From positions 1 through 59,180 of the forward strand of contig VGXF01000010.1 of assembly GCA_016873435.1 (NCBI GenBank): a DNA stretch of 59,180 nucleotides. Direction: 5' to 3'. Both the position numbers and the translations under genes were made by a program. Source of the DNA: Nitrospira sp. (GTDB taxonomy: Bacteria; Nitrospirota; Nitrospiria; Nitrospirales; Nitrospiraceae). Of this stretch, positions 40,284 through 50,587 are shown piece after piece (the first letter of the stretch is position 1; the number at the start of each line of letters is the position of its first letter). The notes beneath the pieces were generated by a model. The model was not told the origin of the DNA and ran no database searches. It saw only the letters and a program-made list of their open reading frames with translations.

Positions 40284-41633
40284 ATGCTCGATACGCTCAG
40301 TCGGAAGTTTGACCAAATTCTGAAGGCACTCCGCGGACAGGGGGTGTTGACGGAACAGAACATCGCCGACGCGCTGAAAGAAGTGCGACTGGCGCTGCTC
40401 GAAGCTGACGTCAACTTCAAGTTAGTCAAGGATTTTATTGAGCGCGTCCGCGTGAAGGCGGTTGGGCAGGAAGTCCTGACGAGTCTTGCGCCCGGGCAGC
40501 AGGTCGTCAAAGTTGTCTGGGACGAGTTACGCGAACTGATGGGCCGCGAGTCGTCTGGCCTGAAGCTGGCCTCCGAGCCGCCCACGGTCATCATGATGGT
40601 CGGCTTGCAGGGCGCGGGCAAGACGACGACCTGCGGCAAGCTGGCCCGGCTGTTTAAGCAGCAGAATAAACGCGTGCTGTTGGTGGCGGCAGATCCGCGG
40701 CGGCCAGCGGCGGTCGAACAATTGGCGAGTCTTGGGGCCGCACTAGACGTCCCGGTGCACAAGGCGAGCGGGACGACGTTGGCGGATGTGGTGCAGACCT
40801 GTGTCGATGGCGTGACGCGCGGCCACGCGCAGGGCTTCGACGTGGTTGTGCTGGACACGGGTGGCCGCCTGCACGTTGACGATGAGTTGATGGCTGAACT
40901 GACGGCGGTCAAGCAGGCCGTGACGCCGCATGAAGTGTTGCTGGTGGCGGATGCCATGACAGGGCAGGACGCGGTCACCATGGCCGAGCAGTTCGAGCAG
41001 AAAGTTGGACTGACCGGTGTGATTCTAACCAAGGTCGAAGGCGACGCGCGTGGTGGCGCGATGCTGTCCATCCGGGCAGTAACCGGCAAGCCGGTGAAGT
41101 TCCTGGGGGTCGGTGAGAAGTCGGACGCACTGGAAGTGTTCCATCCGGACCGGATGGCCTCGCGCATTCTCGGCATGGGCGATGTGCTCTCGCTGGTCGA
41201 AAAAGCGCAGCAAGCCTTCTCAGCAGAACAGGCGGACTCGCTCAAGAAGACACTCACGTCGAAGACCTTCACGTTGGAGGATTTTCGCGAGCAGATCGGG
41301 CAGGTCAACAAGCTGGGCTCCATGGACCAGATTCTCGGTATGCTGCCCGGCGGGCAGCGGTTGAAGGAACTGGCGGGTAACGGTGGCGTGTCGGAAAAAG
41401 AAATTGCGCGCACCGTGGGGATCATCAATTCGATGACAGCCCGCGAGCGGCGGGATCATGCGGTCATCAGCGGAAGCCGCAAGAAGCGGATTGCCCGCGG
41501 CAGCGGCACGACCGTGCAGGACGTGAACCGGTTGATCAAGCAGTATCTTTCCGCACGAACGATGATGAAGGCCATGTCGGGCGGAGGCGGGCGGAGACAG
41601 CAGCAGCAACTGGCGCAGATGCTGAGAGGCTAA
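40284..41633 (+). CDS. ffh: signal recognition particle protein
   Basis: N, G (GLQGAGKTTT, DTGGRL) and M domains. Confidence 0.95.
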   Translation: MLDTLSRKFDQILKALRGQGVLTEQNIADALKEVRLALLEADVNFKLVKDFIERVRVKAVGQEVLTSLAPGQQVVKVVWDELRELMGRESSGLKLASEPPTVIMMVGLQGAGKTTTCGKLARLFKQQNKRVLLVAADPRRPAAVEQLASLGAALDVPVHKASGTTLADVVQTCVDGVTRGHAQGFDVVVLDTGGRLHVDDELMAELTAVKQAVTPHEVLLVADAMTGQDAVTMAEQFEQKVGLTGVILTKVEGDARGGAMLSIRAVTGKPVKFLGVGEKSDALEVFHPDRMASRILGMGDVLSLVEKAQQAFSAEQADSLKKTLTSKTFTLEDFREQIGQVNKLGSMDQILGMLPGGQRLKELAGNGGVSEKEIARTVGIINSMTARERRDHAVISGSRKKRIARGSGTTVQDVNRLIKQYLSARTMMKAMSGGGGRRQQQQLAQMLRG

Positions 41634-41725
41634 GGCTGAGGTTGAGGCTCAGTGTAACAAAAAATCTTCGGTCGGGTTTCCCTCAACCGTAACCTCGACC
41701 TAACCTGTTTGTAAGGAGGAACGAC

Positions 41726-41995
41726 GTGGCAGTTCATCTACGGTTGGCTCGGGGAGGGCGCAAGAACCTCCCGTTCTATCGGCTGGTCGCGGCGGATTCA
41801 CGCAAGCCACGCGACGGACGGTATCTGGAAATTTTGGGCACGCACGATCCGGCCAAGCATCCGCCGGTCACGGTGCTCAATCAGGAGCGGATTCTCGACT
41901 GGATGAGCAAGGGGGCGCAGCCCTCAGTGACGGTCCGGACGCTGCTGAAGCGCGCGGGCGTCATCAAGAAACCGGCGGCTGCGGTGAAGAAGTAA
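41726..41995 (+). CDS. rpsP: 30S ribosomal protein S16
   Basis: MAVHLRLARGGRKNLPFYRLVAADSR. AAGGAGG upstream. Confidence 0.95.
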   Translation: MAVHLRLARGGRKNLPFYRLVAADSRKPRDGRYLEILGTHDPAKHPPVTVLNQERILDWMSKGAQPSVTVRTLLKRAGVIKKPAAAVKK

Positions 41996-42023
41996 CAGGT
42001 TCGGACGGCGCAGAGATTTCCGC

Positions 42024-42557
42024 ATGGGCGATCTGGTGGTCATCGGTACGATCGAGAAGTCCTTTGGAGTGCGCGGCGAGATGCGCGTGCGCTCCCTGAG
42101 CGACGTGCCGGGCCGTTTCGAAGGGTTGACGAAAGTCACGCTGGAATCGCTCTCTGGCAAGACGGTCGAGGCCACGGTTGAGCGGGTACGGCCGGTTTCG
42201 GGCGCCTATCTGGTTAAGATGGACGTCTGTGCAACCCCGGAAGCCGTAGCGGCCTTCCGCGGCTGGGCAGTCAAGATTCCGCAGGGGTCGGCGCCGCCGC
42301 TGCCGCAGGGGCAGTATTACGAATACGAGTTGATCGGCCTGTTGGTACAGGATGAGCAGGGGCGGGCAATCGGCAGACTGGCAGAGATTCTGGAGACGCC
42401 CGGCACCCACGTGTTTGTAGTGAAGGACGCGCGCGGTGAGACGCTGATCCCCGCAACGAAGTCAATGGTGGCATCCGTAGATGTGGCGCGTGGCACGATG
42501 ACGATTCGGCAGATGGACGAATTGACGGTGGAGGAGCCGGCCCGTGTTGCGTTGTGA
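42024..42557 (+). CDS. rimM: ribosome maturation factor RimM
   Basis: VVIGTIEKSFGVRGEMRV with a PRC barrel. Conserved position after rpsP. Confidence 0.9.
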   Translation: MGDLVVIGTIEKSFGVRGEMRVRSLSDVPGRFEGLTKVTLESLSGKTVEATVERVRPVSGAYLVKMDVCATPEAVAAFRGWAVKIPQGSAPPLPQGQYYEYELIGLLVQDEQGRAIGRLAEILETPGTHVFVVKDARGETLIPATKSMVASVDVARGTMTIRQMDELTVEEPARVAL

Positions 42558-43332
42558 TGTGGTGACGCTGTTTCCCGATCTGGTCCAGCCTGTGCTGAAC
42601 CAGAGCATGTTAAAGCGGGCTCAGGAGAAGGGCCTGCTGGAGGCGCGCGTGCACAACCTGCGCCACTTTGCGCTGGACAAGCACCAGGTAGCGGACGATG
42701 CGCCCTATGGCGGCGGCGCTGGCATGGTCATGAAGGCGGAACCGGTATTCCTTGCCGTTGAGGTGCTGCGAAAACAGTATGGTGAGGCCGTGCCCGGCAC
42801 GCAGCTGCGGCTACTGATGCCGTCGCCTCAGGGGAGACCGTTCACGCAGCGGTTTGCCGAAGAACTGCGCGACGAGCCCCGCCGGATTGTGTTTCTCTGC
42901 GGGCATTACGAAGGTATCGACGAGCGGGTACGTGTGGGGCTGCCGATCGAGGAAGTCTCCAGCGGCGATTATGTACTGACCGGCGGCGAACTGCCGGCCC
43001 TGGTGATGATCGACGCGGCGGTGCGCCTGATTCCCGGTGTGCTCGGCGATCCGGAATCGGCGGAGCGGGATTCGTTCGCGGACTCGCTGCTGGATTACCC
43101 CCACTACACGCGGCCGGCCGAGTGGCGCGGGATGCCGGTGCCGGAGGTGCTGCTCTCGGGCCATCACGAGACCATTCGCCTGTGGCGGCGAAAGGAAGCG
43201 TTGCGGAACACATACCGGAAACGACCGGACCTGTTGCGCGACCGGGAGTTGTCGGTCGAAGACAAGCGATTGCTAGCGGAAGTCGAACAGGAAGAAACTC
43301 GTGAAACACCATTCGTGAAGCGTATTGCCTGA
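42544..43332 (+). CDS. trmD: tRNA (guanine37-N1)-methyltransferase
   Basis: VVTLFPDL and GGGAGMVMK motifs. Confidence 0.95.
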   Translation: MLRCDVVTLFPDLVQPVLNQSMLKRAQEKGLLEARVHNLRHFALDKHQVADDAPYGGGAGMVMKAEPVFLAVEVLRKQYGEAVPGTQLRLLMPSPQGRPFTQRFAEELRDEPRRIVFLCGHYEGIDERVRVGLPIEEVSSGDYVLTGGELPALVMIDAAVRLIPGVLGDPESAERDSFADSLLDYPHYTRPAEWRGMPVPEVLLSGHHETIRLWRRKEALRNTYRKRPDLLRDRELSVEDKRLLAEVEQEETRETPFVKRIA

Positions 43333-43397
43333 CGGCGTTCGTGCTTCACGAGCAACGAGGTACGAGGCATGCGTTTGAAGGAGGAGGGGGGAGAGAG

Positions 43398-43898
43398 ATG
43401 AATCAGCTAGAACGAATCCAGCGGACGCTGGTAAAGAAGACCATTCCGAAGTTCGAGATCGGTGATACCGTGCGGGTTCACGCGAAGGTCGTCGAAGGCG
43501 ACAAGGAGCGGATCCAGGTATTCGAGGGCGTCGTGATCGCGCGCAAGGGCGGGCGAAACAGCGAAACGTTCACCGTAAGAAAAATTTCGTACGGCGTGGG
43601 CGTCGAGCGCATTTTCCCGGTCCACTCGCCGATTGTGACGCGAGTGGAGGTGGTGCGCCAGGGCAAGGTGCGGCGCGCCAAGCTCTACTTCCTGCGCGCC
43701 AAGAAGGGCCGTACGGCGAAACTTGAAGAGCGCGAGTTCAACCAGGCCGAGTTGGCGGCCAATGCGGCAGCGCAGGCAGCCGAAGCGAAAGCGGCCGAAG
43801 CCGCAGCACCGGTCAAGGCGAAGAGAGCAGAGTCGGCCGAGAAGCCGAAGAAGGCCCAGGCCAAGCCGGCGAAACCGGCACCCGCAAAGAAAAAGTAA
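43398..43898 (+). CDS. rplS: 50S ribosomal protein L19 with AKP-rich C-terminal tail
   Basis: L19 core ([13 protein letters not shown]...RAKLYFLR) plus a roughly 53-aa Ala/Lys/Pro-rich extension. GGAGG upstream. Confidence 0.9.
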   Translation: MNQLERIQRTLVKKTIPKFEIGDTVRVHAKVVEGDKERIQVFEGVVIARKGGRNSETFTVRKISYGVGVERIFPVHSPIVTRVEVVRQGKVRRAKLYFLRAKKGRTAKLEEREFNQAELAANAAAQAAEAKAAEAAAPVKAKRAESAEKPKKAQAKPAKPAPAKKK

Positions 43899-43951
43899 TT
43901 CGGGCTATTCTTTGTTCGATGGGGCCAGTCCACAAGGAAGCACGGACCTGA

Positions 43952-44617
43952 GTGGAGCCGACAGACCTCTTTGAGGCGGAAGCGCAGCGATGCGGGTACC
44001 GTCTCGTGGCGGGACTGGATGAAGCCGGCCGGGGGCCGCTAGCCGGTCCCGTGGTCGCAGCGGCCGTGGTGTTGCCGCGCCGCTGCAGTCTGCCGGGCCT
44101 CAACGATTCCAAACAACTGACGGCGGCGAAGCGGGAGCGGCTGTACGGCGAAATCCAGCAGCGAGCCGTGGGGGTTGGAGTCGGCGTGGCCAGCGAGCGC
44201 GAGGTCGACGCAATCAATATTCTGGAAGCGACACGCCTCGCCATGGGACGCGCGCTCGACGCGCTGCCGGAGACTCCGGATTATCTGCTGCTCGACGCCA
44301 TCAATTTGCCTGCCGTGCACATTGCTCAACGGTCCATCGTCAAGGGGGATGCCCTGTCGCTGTCCATTGCGGCAGCATCGATCATCGCGAAGGTTACGCG
44401 CGATCGCCTGATGGACGACTATCACCGCCAGTATCCCCAGTATAATTTTCAGGCGCACAAGGGCTATGGGACGGCCGAGCATCTGAAGATGCTCGCTGAG
44501 CATGGGCCCTGCGCGATTCACCGGCGCAGTTTCCATCCGGTGAGCGTTGCGGTCTCGGCTGGGGGCGAGCACATCGAGCATGCCTTTGAGGTGCCAGGGA
44601 ACGATCTGCGATCGTGA
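43952..44617 (+). CDS. rnhB: ribonuclease HII
   Basis: GLDEAGRGPLAGPVV catalytic motif. Confidence 0.9.
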   Translation: MEPTDLFEAEAQRCGYRLVAGLDEAGRGPLAGPVVAAAVVLPRRCSLPGLNDSKQLTAAKRERLYGEIQQRAVGVGVGVASEREVDAINILEATRLAMGRALDALPETPDYLLLDAINLPAVHIAQRSIVKGDALSLSIAAASIIAKVTRDRLMDDYHRQYPQYNFQAHKGYGTAEHLKMLAEHGPCAIHRRSFHPVSVAVSAGGEHIEHAFEVPGNDLRS

Positions 44618-44624
44618 ACCACGC

Positions 44625-45293
44625 ATGATTCAGATCTTTCACGCCACCAAATATTACGAACGGCGTCCCGCGATCACTGATATCTGTCTCCAGATCGAGA
44701 AGGGCGAGTTCGTGGTGCTGAGGGGGCCCAGCGGCGCAGGCAAGACGACACTGCTGAAGCTGATCTACTGCGCCGCACCGCTTGACGAGGGGCAGGTGTT
44801 AATTCAGGGACGCACCGTGACCCATCTCAAGGCCTCTGCCGTGCCCTATCTGCGCCGGACGATGGGCGTCGTGTTCCAGGATTGCAAGCTGCTGCCGAAA
44901 AAGAGTGTCTACGACAACGTCGCATTGCCGCTGCTGATCGAGGGCGCGTCGGCGCCCGAGATACGTCGCATGGTGATGGAGGCGCTGAAAGCGGTCGGCG
45001 TTGAGCACCGGAAAGAAAGCCGTCCGGCCATGCTGTCGGCGGGTGAGCAGCAGCGAGTCTGCATCGCGCGGGCGATCGTGAACCAGCCGATCATCCTGCT
45101 GGCAGATGAGCCGACAGGCAATATGGACGCCGAACTGGCGCACGAAATCGTCGAGCTGTTCAAGACGATCAACTCGCGGGGCACCACGGTACTGGTGGCC
45201 ACGCACAACAAGCAGGTCATCGAGCAGGTCGGCCGCCGCGTAGTGACGCTTGATCAGGGGAAGATTCTGGCAGACGAAGGGCAGGGACTGTGA
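44625..45293 (+). CDS. ftsE: cell division ATP-binding protein FtsE
   Basis: Walker A, signature and Walker B motifs. Adjacent to ftsX. Confidence 0.9.
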   Translation: MIQIFHATKYYERRPAITDICLQIEKGEFVVLRGPSGAGKTTLLKLIYCAAPLDEGQVLIQGRTVTHLKASAVPYLRRTMGVVFQDCKLLPKKSVYDNVALPLLIEGASAPEIRRMVMEALKAVGVEHRKESRPAMLSAGEQQRVCIARAIVNQPIILLADEPTGNMDAELAHEIVELFKTINSRGTTVLVATHNKQVIEQVGRRVVTLDQGKILADEGQGL

Positions 45294-46186
45294 GGCGGTT
45301 GGCACATTTCATACGGGAAGCGCTGGTGAACATCCGGCTGAACTGGACGACGACTGTGATCGCCGTCGCCACGACCGCGTTTACGCTGGCCTGCTTCGGC
45401 GTGTTTCTCCTGCTCTATTTGAACCTGCGCGCGGTTGCGACCTCGCTGCAAAGCGATTTCAAAGTGGTGGTCTATGTGCAGGAAAGCGTGCCGGCGCAAG
45501 GGGTTGCCCAACTGCAGAGTCTGCTCAAGGCCGATCCAGGCGTGCAAGTGGTGTCGTACGTTTCGAAGGAGCAGGCGCTTGCTGATTTTCGCGCGCAGTT
45601 CCCCGCAGATTCGCATCTTTTGCAGGGGCTGGGGGAGAATCCGTTGCCCGCGTCCTTTGTCGTGTCGCTAAGCCCCTCGTTGCGCTCGCCTGACGCGGTG
45701 CGGCGCTGGGCTGAGCGCGTGAAGTCCGTGCCGGGGGTGGAGCAAGTGCAATACAGCCGCGACTGGATCGACAATCTGACGGCGATCGTCGGTTATCTAG
45801 AGCTCGTGGCGGTGGGTATCGGTACGGTCCTGTCGGCGGCGTCGGCGACAATCATCGCGAGCACGATCCGGCTCACGCTCTATGCCCGGCGCGAGGAAAT
45901 CGAGATCATGCGCCTCATCGGTGCGACCAGCAGCTTCATCAGGATTCCCTATCTGATTGAAGGAACCATGCTGGGTATGATGGGAAGCGCCGTGGCGCTG
46001 GCGATTTTGAAAGGTGGCTTCGAGCTGTTCAAGGTCCGGCTCGGCATGCCGGGACGGTTTCTCGGCATCGATTCGGGCGTGCAGTTTTTCTCTGGCCAGG
46101 TTGTGGGGCTGATTGCCGCGGCTGGGCTGATCCTTGGATTTATTGGCAGCTTGGTGTCGGCGTTGGATTTGGAGAAGGCCAAGTGA
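45290..46186 (+). CDS. ftsX: cell division permease FtsX
   Basis: Four TM helices plus a periplasmic domain. ATGA overlap with ftsE. Confidence 0.85.
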   Translation: MRRLAHFIREALVNIRLNWTTTVIAVATTAFTLACFGVFLLLYLNLRAVATSLQSDFKVVVYVQESVPAQGVAQLQSLLKADPGVQVVSYVSKEQALADFRAQFPADSHLLQGLGENPLPASFVVSLSPSLRSPDAVRRWAERVKSVPGVEQVQYSRDWIDNLTAIVGYLELVAVGIGTVLSAASATIIASTIRLTLYARREEIEIMRLIGATSSFIRIPYLIEGTMLGMMGSAVALAILKGGFELFKVRLGMPGRFLGIDSGVQFFSGQVVGLIAAAGLILGFIGSLVSALDLEKAK

Positions 46187-47373
46187 GGACAGCGGTCTGC
46201 TGGGGCGTCATAGCCGGTCTGCTGTGGAGTGCACCAGCGTGGGCGGCCAACGAAAAGACCGATCCGCTGACGCTGAAAATCGAGCGGCAGAAACAGGCGC
46301 GCGCGAAGATCCAGAAGGAGATTGAGGACAAAAAGAAATCGTCAGGGCGGGCTGAAAAGAAAATGGAGTCGTTGCTGGAGTCAATTCAAGCGCTGGACGT
46401 CCAGTTGATGCAGAGCCGCCTGGATCGGCAGGAGATCGGCCGCAAGCTCAAACTGAAGGACAAGGAGTTAGAGGAAATCAGCGGGCAGCTCTCGCAGTTG
46501 CAGATGCAGATAAGTGAGCGGAAACGCTCGCTCCTGGCCCGGCTGCGGGTCCAGTACATGGAAGGACGGACCGGAGCCCTAAAAGTCCTGCTCGCGGCGG
46601 ACAACTACGCGGATCTGCACCGGCGGTTCCAGTATTTGTCGGCAGTTTCGCAACGCGAATACGAGCTACTGCAGGACTACAAGCACAACACGGAACGGCT
46701 GGAGCAGGCTGAAAAGCAGCAAGCCGTGACCCGTGACGCGATGCTGTCGCTCAAGGCGCAGACCGAGCACAAGCTGAGCGAGGTGCAGGAGGGCAAGCGC
46801 CGCAAGAATCTCTTTCTCGCGAAGATCACAAGCGAGAAGGAGTCCTACGATCGCATGGTCGGCGAGTTGGAGCGGTCCGCCTTGCGCGTGGACAGCCTTC
46901 TCAAGGAATTGCTGGAGCAGCGGGCCAAGATGGCGACGGCCCAGGTCAGGCAGAAGGCCGGCAAGGCGCACACGTTGCTCGGGCAGTTTCTCTGGCCCAC
47001 GGACGGGGACGTCATTGGGCACTTTGGACGACAGAAGCACCCGCAGTTCAACACTTATGTCTATCGCAAGGGGATCGACATTCGCGCCCCGGAGGGCAGC
47101 GGCATCAAGGCGGTTATGGCCGGCTCGGTGGCCTTTGCCGACTGGCTCAAGGGATATGGGCTGGTCGTCATTTTGGATCATGCAAACGGATTCTTTTCGT
47201 TGTATGCTCATGCGTCGGCTCTGGTCGTTAAATCAGGCGAACACGTGCAATCGGGACAGGTTATCGGCACGACGGGTGATACGGGGATGACGAAAGACGA
47301 CACCCTTTATTTCGAGTTGCGGGAAGGCGCCGAGCCGGTGGATCCGCTGATCTGGCTCGCAAAGCGCAAGTAA
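46183..47373 (+). CDS. EnvC-like M23 peptidase-domain amidase activator
   Basis: Signal peptide, long coiled coil and a C-terminal LytM domain. 4-nt overlap with ftsX. Confidence 0.8.
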   Translation: MRTAVCWGVIAGLLWSAPAWAANEKTDPLTLKIERQKQARAKIQKEIEDKKKSSGRAEKKMESLLESIQALDVQLMQSRLDRQEIGRKLKLKDKELEEISGQLSQLQMQISERKRSLLARLRVQYMEGRTGALKVLLAADNYADLHRRFQYLSAVSQREYELLQDYKHNTERLEQAEKQQAVTRDAMLSLKAQTEHKLSEVQEGKRRKNLFLAKITSEKESYDRMVGELERSALRVDSLLKELLEQRAKMATAQVRQKAGKAHTLLGQFLWPTDGDVIGHFGRQKHPQFNTYVYRKGIDIRAPEGSGIKAVMAGSVAFADWLKGYGLVVILDHANGFFSLYAHASALVVKSGEHVQSGQVIGTTGDTGMTKDDTLYFELREGAEPVDPLIWLAKRK

Positions 47374-47397
47374 GTTCGACGGAAAGGAACCGGTTAC

Positions 47398-48753
47398 ATG
47401 GAACAGGGGCAATCGCGGCGCACTTGGTGGTTGATCGCAGTCATGACGCTGTGTCTCGGCGTGCTTATTGGCAAGGGGTGGGAGCGGACGGGCCACGCGA
47501 CTGAGACCTACGAAGAGCTCAAAACCTTCGCTGAAGTGCTGAGCCAAATCCAGAAACACTATGTGGACGAGGTGAAGATCAAGAGTCTTGTCCAGGGCGC
47601 GATGCGCGGCATGCTCTCCACGCTGGATCCGCACTCCGCGTATATGACGCCGGAGATGTACAAGGAGATTCAGGTCGAGACCAAAGGCGAGTTCGGCGGT
47701 GTGGGCATCCAGATCGGCGTGAAGGAGAATCGCCTCGCGGTGATCGCGCCGATTGAGGGCACGCCGGCCTACAAGGCGGGTATCAAGGCCGGTGACTTCA
47801 TCATCAAGGTGGATGACGAACCGACTAAGGACATGACGCTGCTGGACGCCGTACAGCGTATGCGAGGGCTGAAGGGGACGAGTGTCACGCTGACCGTGCA
47901 GCGGGAAGGTACACTCGATCCGCTCGTGTTTCCGCTCGTCCGCGCCACCATCAAGATCGAGAGTGTGCGGTTTAAGGCCATCGACAACACGATTGGCTAC
48001 ATCCGGCTGACGCAATTCCAGGAGGCCTCTGGGCGGGATCTCGCTAAGGCGCTCAAGCAGTTTCACGAGCAAAAGTTGCAGTCGCTGGTGCTGGATCTGC
48101 GCAATAATCCTGGCGGGCTCCTGACGGCGGCGGTGGAAGTCTCGGAGCAGTTTGTCGGCAACAGCAAGCTGATCGTCTACATCAAGGGACGAGACGGACG
48201 GAAGGATGAGTATTTCTCCAAGACAAAGGATGCGCTCGATGACTATCCGATGATCGTGATGGTTAACGAGGGCTCAGCCAGCGCATCGGAAATCGTCGCC
48301 GGCGCGCTGCAAGACTGGGGACGGGCGGTGGTGCTCGGGACAACCTCCTTCGGGAAGGGGTCCGTGCAGACGATCCTTCCCCTATCAGACGGATCAGGTC
48401 TCCGGCTGACGACGGCCAAATACTACACGCCTAAGGGGCGATCCATTCAATCTACGGGCATTACGCCGGACATCACGGTCAAGTCGCAACCGGCCGTCAC
48501 AGCTAAGGTGGGCGACAAGGATGCCAAGGACGGTGAGGCCAAGGCAAAGGTGCCAGCTTCAAAAGACGTGCCGCCAGCCAAGTCGGACAAGGATGTCGCG
48601 CCGAAGAGCACCGGCGCGCCGGCCGATTTCGGTGAGGTCCCGATCGAGGAAGATGCCCAGCTTCAAAAAGCGGTCGAGCTGCTCAAGACGTGGAAGATCT
48701 TTAAGGAGCTCAAGCCGACGGGTGCGTCAGCGCCCACACAGGCACAATCCTGA
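47398..48753 (+). CDS. ctpA: carboxy-terminal processing protease (S41)
   Basis: PDZ domain, S41 catalytic GSASASEIVAGAL and K dyad, with a Lys/Asp-rich tail. Confidence 0.9.
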   Translation: MEQGQSRRTWWLIAVMTLCLGVLIGKGWERTGHATETYEELKTFAEVLSQIQKHYVDEVKIKSLVQGAMRGMLSTLDPHSAYMTPEMYKEIQVETKGEFGGVGIQIGVKENRLAVIAPIEGTPAYKAGIKAGDFIIKVDDEPTKDMTLLDAVQRMRGLKGTSVTLTVQREGTLDPLVFPLVRATIKIESVRFKAIDNTIGYIRLTQFQEASGRDLAKALKQFHEQKLQSLVLDLRNNPGGLLTAAVEVSEQFVGNSKLIVYIKGRDGRKDEYFSKTKDALDDYPMIVMVNEGSASASEIVAGALQDWGRAVVLGTTSFGKGSVQTILPLSDGSGLRLTTAKYYTPKGRSIQSTGITPDITVKSQPAVTAKVGDKDAKDGEAKAKVPASKDVPPAKSDKDVAPKSTGAPADFGEVPIEEDAQLQKAVELLKTWKIFKELKPTGASAPTQAQS

Positions 48754-48937
48754 CGGAGACGTCGTATCGTCTGAATTGGAGGGGGGCGCGAAACCGCTCA
48801 TCATGCGAACGCCGGCCCTAGTCATTAGCACGCCCATGCTGCTTTCGCCGCCAGCCTCTTCCAGCAAGCCGTAGCGGGGCGGTACCGTGACACCGGCAGG
48901 CTCCGTGCCGCTTGCGGACGAGCGCTGAAAATCCTCG

Positions 48938-49408
48938 TCACTCGAGTTCATGCTGGCGCAAGGCCTTAATCGCCGCTAACAGCGACGGCTCTGTGATTGT
49001 GGCCCCGGGCAGGGTGCGGAGCAGGTGTGAGCGCACCAGTGTTTCCAGGTCGTCGAGCGTGCGAATGCCCAGCCCTCCGTAGAGATACTGGACAAGACTT
49101 TCGGACAGGCCTGGCAGCTTGGCCCAGGCAGCCACCTCAGGTGGCAGTGGTACGGCCGGCGCGCTCTGGCTTAGGATGGTGCCCGTTGCCAGAAACTCTT
49201 CGATTTTGGCCGACAAGTCCCGTCCGATTCCGGGCAGTGATTGCAGTTCACCCCGCCTCGCCACAGCGGCCACATCCTCGGTGAGACTGAGTAGGGTCAC
49301 TGCCGCACGCCGATAGGCACGGACACGGTGTGGGTTGGCATTCTCTGCCGCCAGCGTATCCGCGAAAGCGTGAAATAGGTCGGCAACTTGGCGATTTCGT
49401 TCCAACAT
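48938..49408 (-). CDS. helix-hairpin-helix protein resembling the PolX N-terminal (8-kDa plus fingers) domains
   Basis: NPHRVRAYRRAA and LPGIGRDLSAKIEEFL HhH motifs. 156 aa. No polymerase or PHP domain. Confidence 0.5.
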   Translation of the reverse strand: MLERNRQVADLFHAFADTLAAENANPHRVRAYRRAAVTLLSLTEDVAAVARRGELQSLPGIGRDLSAKIEEFLATGTILSQSAPAVPLPPEVAAWAKLPGLSESLVQYLYGGLGIRTLDDLETLVRSHLLRTLPGATITEPSLLAAIKALRQHELE

Positions 49409-49525
49409 CACCCTATATATAGTCAGGATGGAGCAGCACAGTCCAGTCCGTCTGGCCCAGGCCGACAGGCCAGAAGGCCAATTGACAAGGCGTTTGAGCG
49501 TCTCGTACGATGCCCGCGTGATTCT

Positions 49526-49732
49526 ATGCACGTCCAGGTAAACGGAGAATCGCGTACGCTGGCAGCCGGCCTGACGGTGGCGGGCCTGCTCAAGGAACTC
49601 GACATCACATCGGACCGCGTAGCGGTAGAGTTGAATCGGAATATTCTGGATCGTGGCGAGTTCGAACGGCGCAGCCTACAGGAGGGCGACCACATCGAAA
49701 TCATCAGTTTTATCGGGGGAGGCGGTCACTAA
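49526..49732 (+). CDS. thiS: sulfur carrier protein ThiS (extended C-terminus)
   Basis: 68-aa beta-grasp protein ending FIGGGGH instead of GG. Its stop abuts the thiG start. Confidence 0.75.
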   Translation: MHVQVNGESRTLAAGLTVAGLLKELDITSDRVAVELNRNILDRGEFERRSLQEGDHIEIISFIGGGGH

Positions 49733-49733
49733 C

Positions 49734-50507
49734 ATGGCGGACGATCAGCTGGTCATCGGCGGGCGCGCATTCAAGTCTCGCCTGTGGGTGGGGACGGGCA
49801 AGTACAAAAACTTCGTCGAAACAAAGAAGGCCATCGAGGCCTCTGGCGCCGACGTGGTCACGGTAGCCGTCCGGCGCGTGAATATCACCGACCGGTCGCA
49901 AGAAAACCTGCTGGATTACATCGATCCGAAGAAGTACACCATTCTGCCGAACACGGCCGGCTGCTATACAGTGGAAGACGCGGTACGATATGCGCGGCTG
50001 GGGCGAGCAGCCGGCGTGTCCGACCTAGTCAAGCTGGAAGTAATTGGAGACGAGAAAACGCTTTTCCCGGACACAGCGGGTTTGATCGAAGCCGCGACGA
50101 TTTTGATCAAGGAAGGTTTCATTGTCCTGCCTTACACGAACGACGATCCGATCGTCGCAAAAAAACTGGTGGATATCGGATGCCCGGCGGTCATGCCGTT
50201 GGCGGCGCCGATCGGTTCCGGTCTCGGCATCCGCAATCCCTACAATCTCAAGATCATCTTGGAAACGGTGAAGGTGCCGATCATTGTGGATGCGGGCGTG
50301 GGCACCGCGTCCGACGCCGCGCTGGCGATGGAATACGGTGCTGACGCGGTGCTAATGAACACAGCCATTGCCGGCGCCAAGGACCCCATCATGATGGCCG
50401 AGGCGATGAAGTATGCCGTGGACGCCGGCCGTCTGGCCTATCGTGCTGGCCGCATTCCGCGTAAGCTCTACGCAACGGCCAGCAGTCCGATCGAAGGCAT
50501 GCTGTAG
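49734..50507 (+). CDS. thiG: thiazole synthase
   Basis: ThiG TIM-barrel family motifs. Confidence 0.95.
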   Translation: MADDQLVIGGRAFKSRLWVGTGKYKNFVETKKAIEASGADVVTVAVRRVNITDRSQENLLDYIDPKKYTILPNTAGCYTVEDAVRYARLGRAAGVSDLVKLEVIGDEKTLFPDTAGLIEAATILIKEGFIVLPYTNDDPIVAKKLVDIGCPAVMPLAAPIGSGLGIRNPYNLKIILETVKVPIIVDAGVGTASDAALAMEYGADAVLMNTAIAGAKDPIMMAEAMKYAVDAGRLAYRAGRIPRKLYATASSPIEGML

Positions 50508-50587
50508 GCGGGAATTGCAATGTTCACTTTTGAAGTGTGAATTTTATCCGACATTCATAACTCACCATTCATCCTTCTGCTTCCCCC

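Noticed and set aside
49409-49525. TPP riboswitch upstream of thiS
   Set aside because: I looked for THI-box elements (CTGAGA, ACCCTTTGAACCTGATC-like) and found none by eye. I cannot exclude a divergent one without a covariance-model scan.
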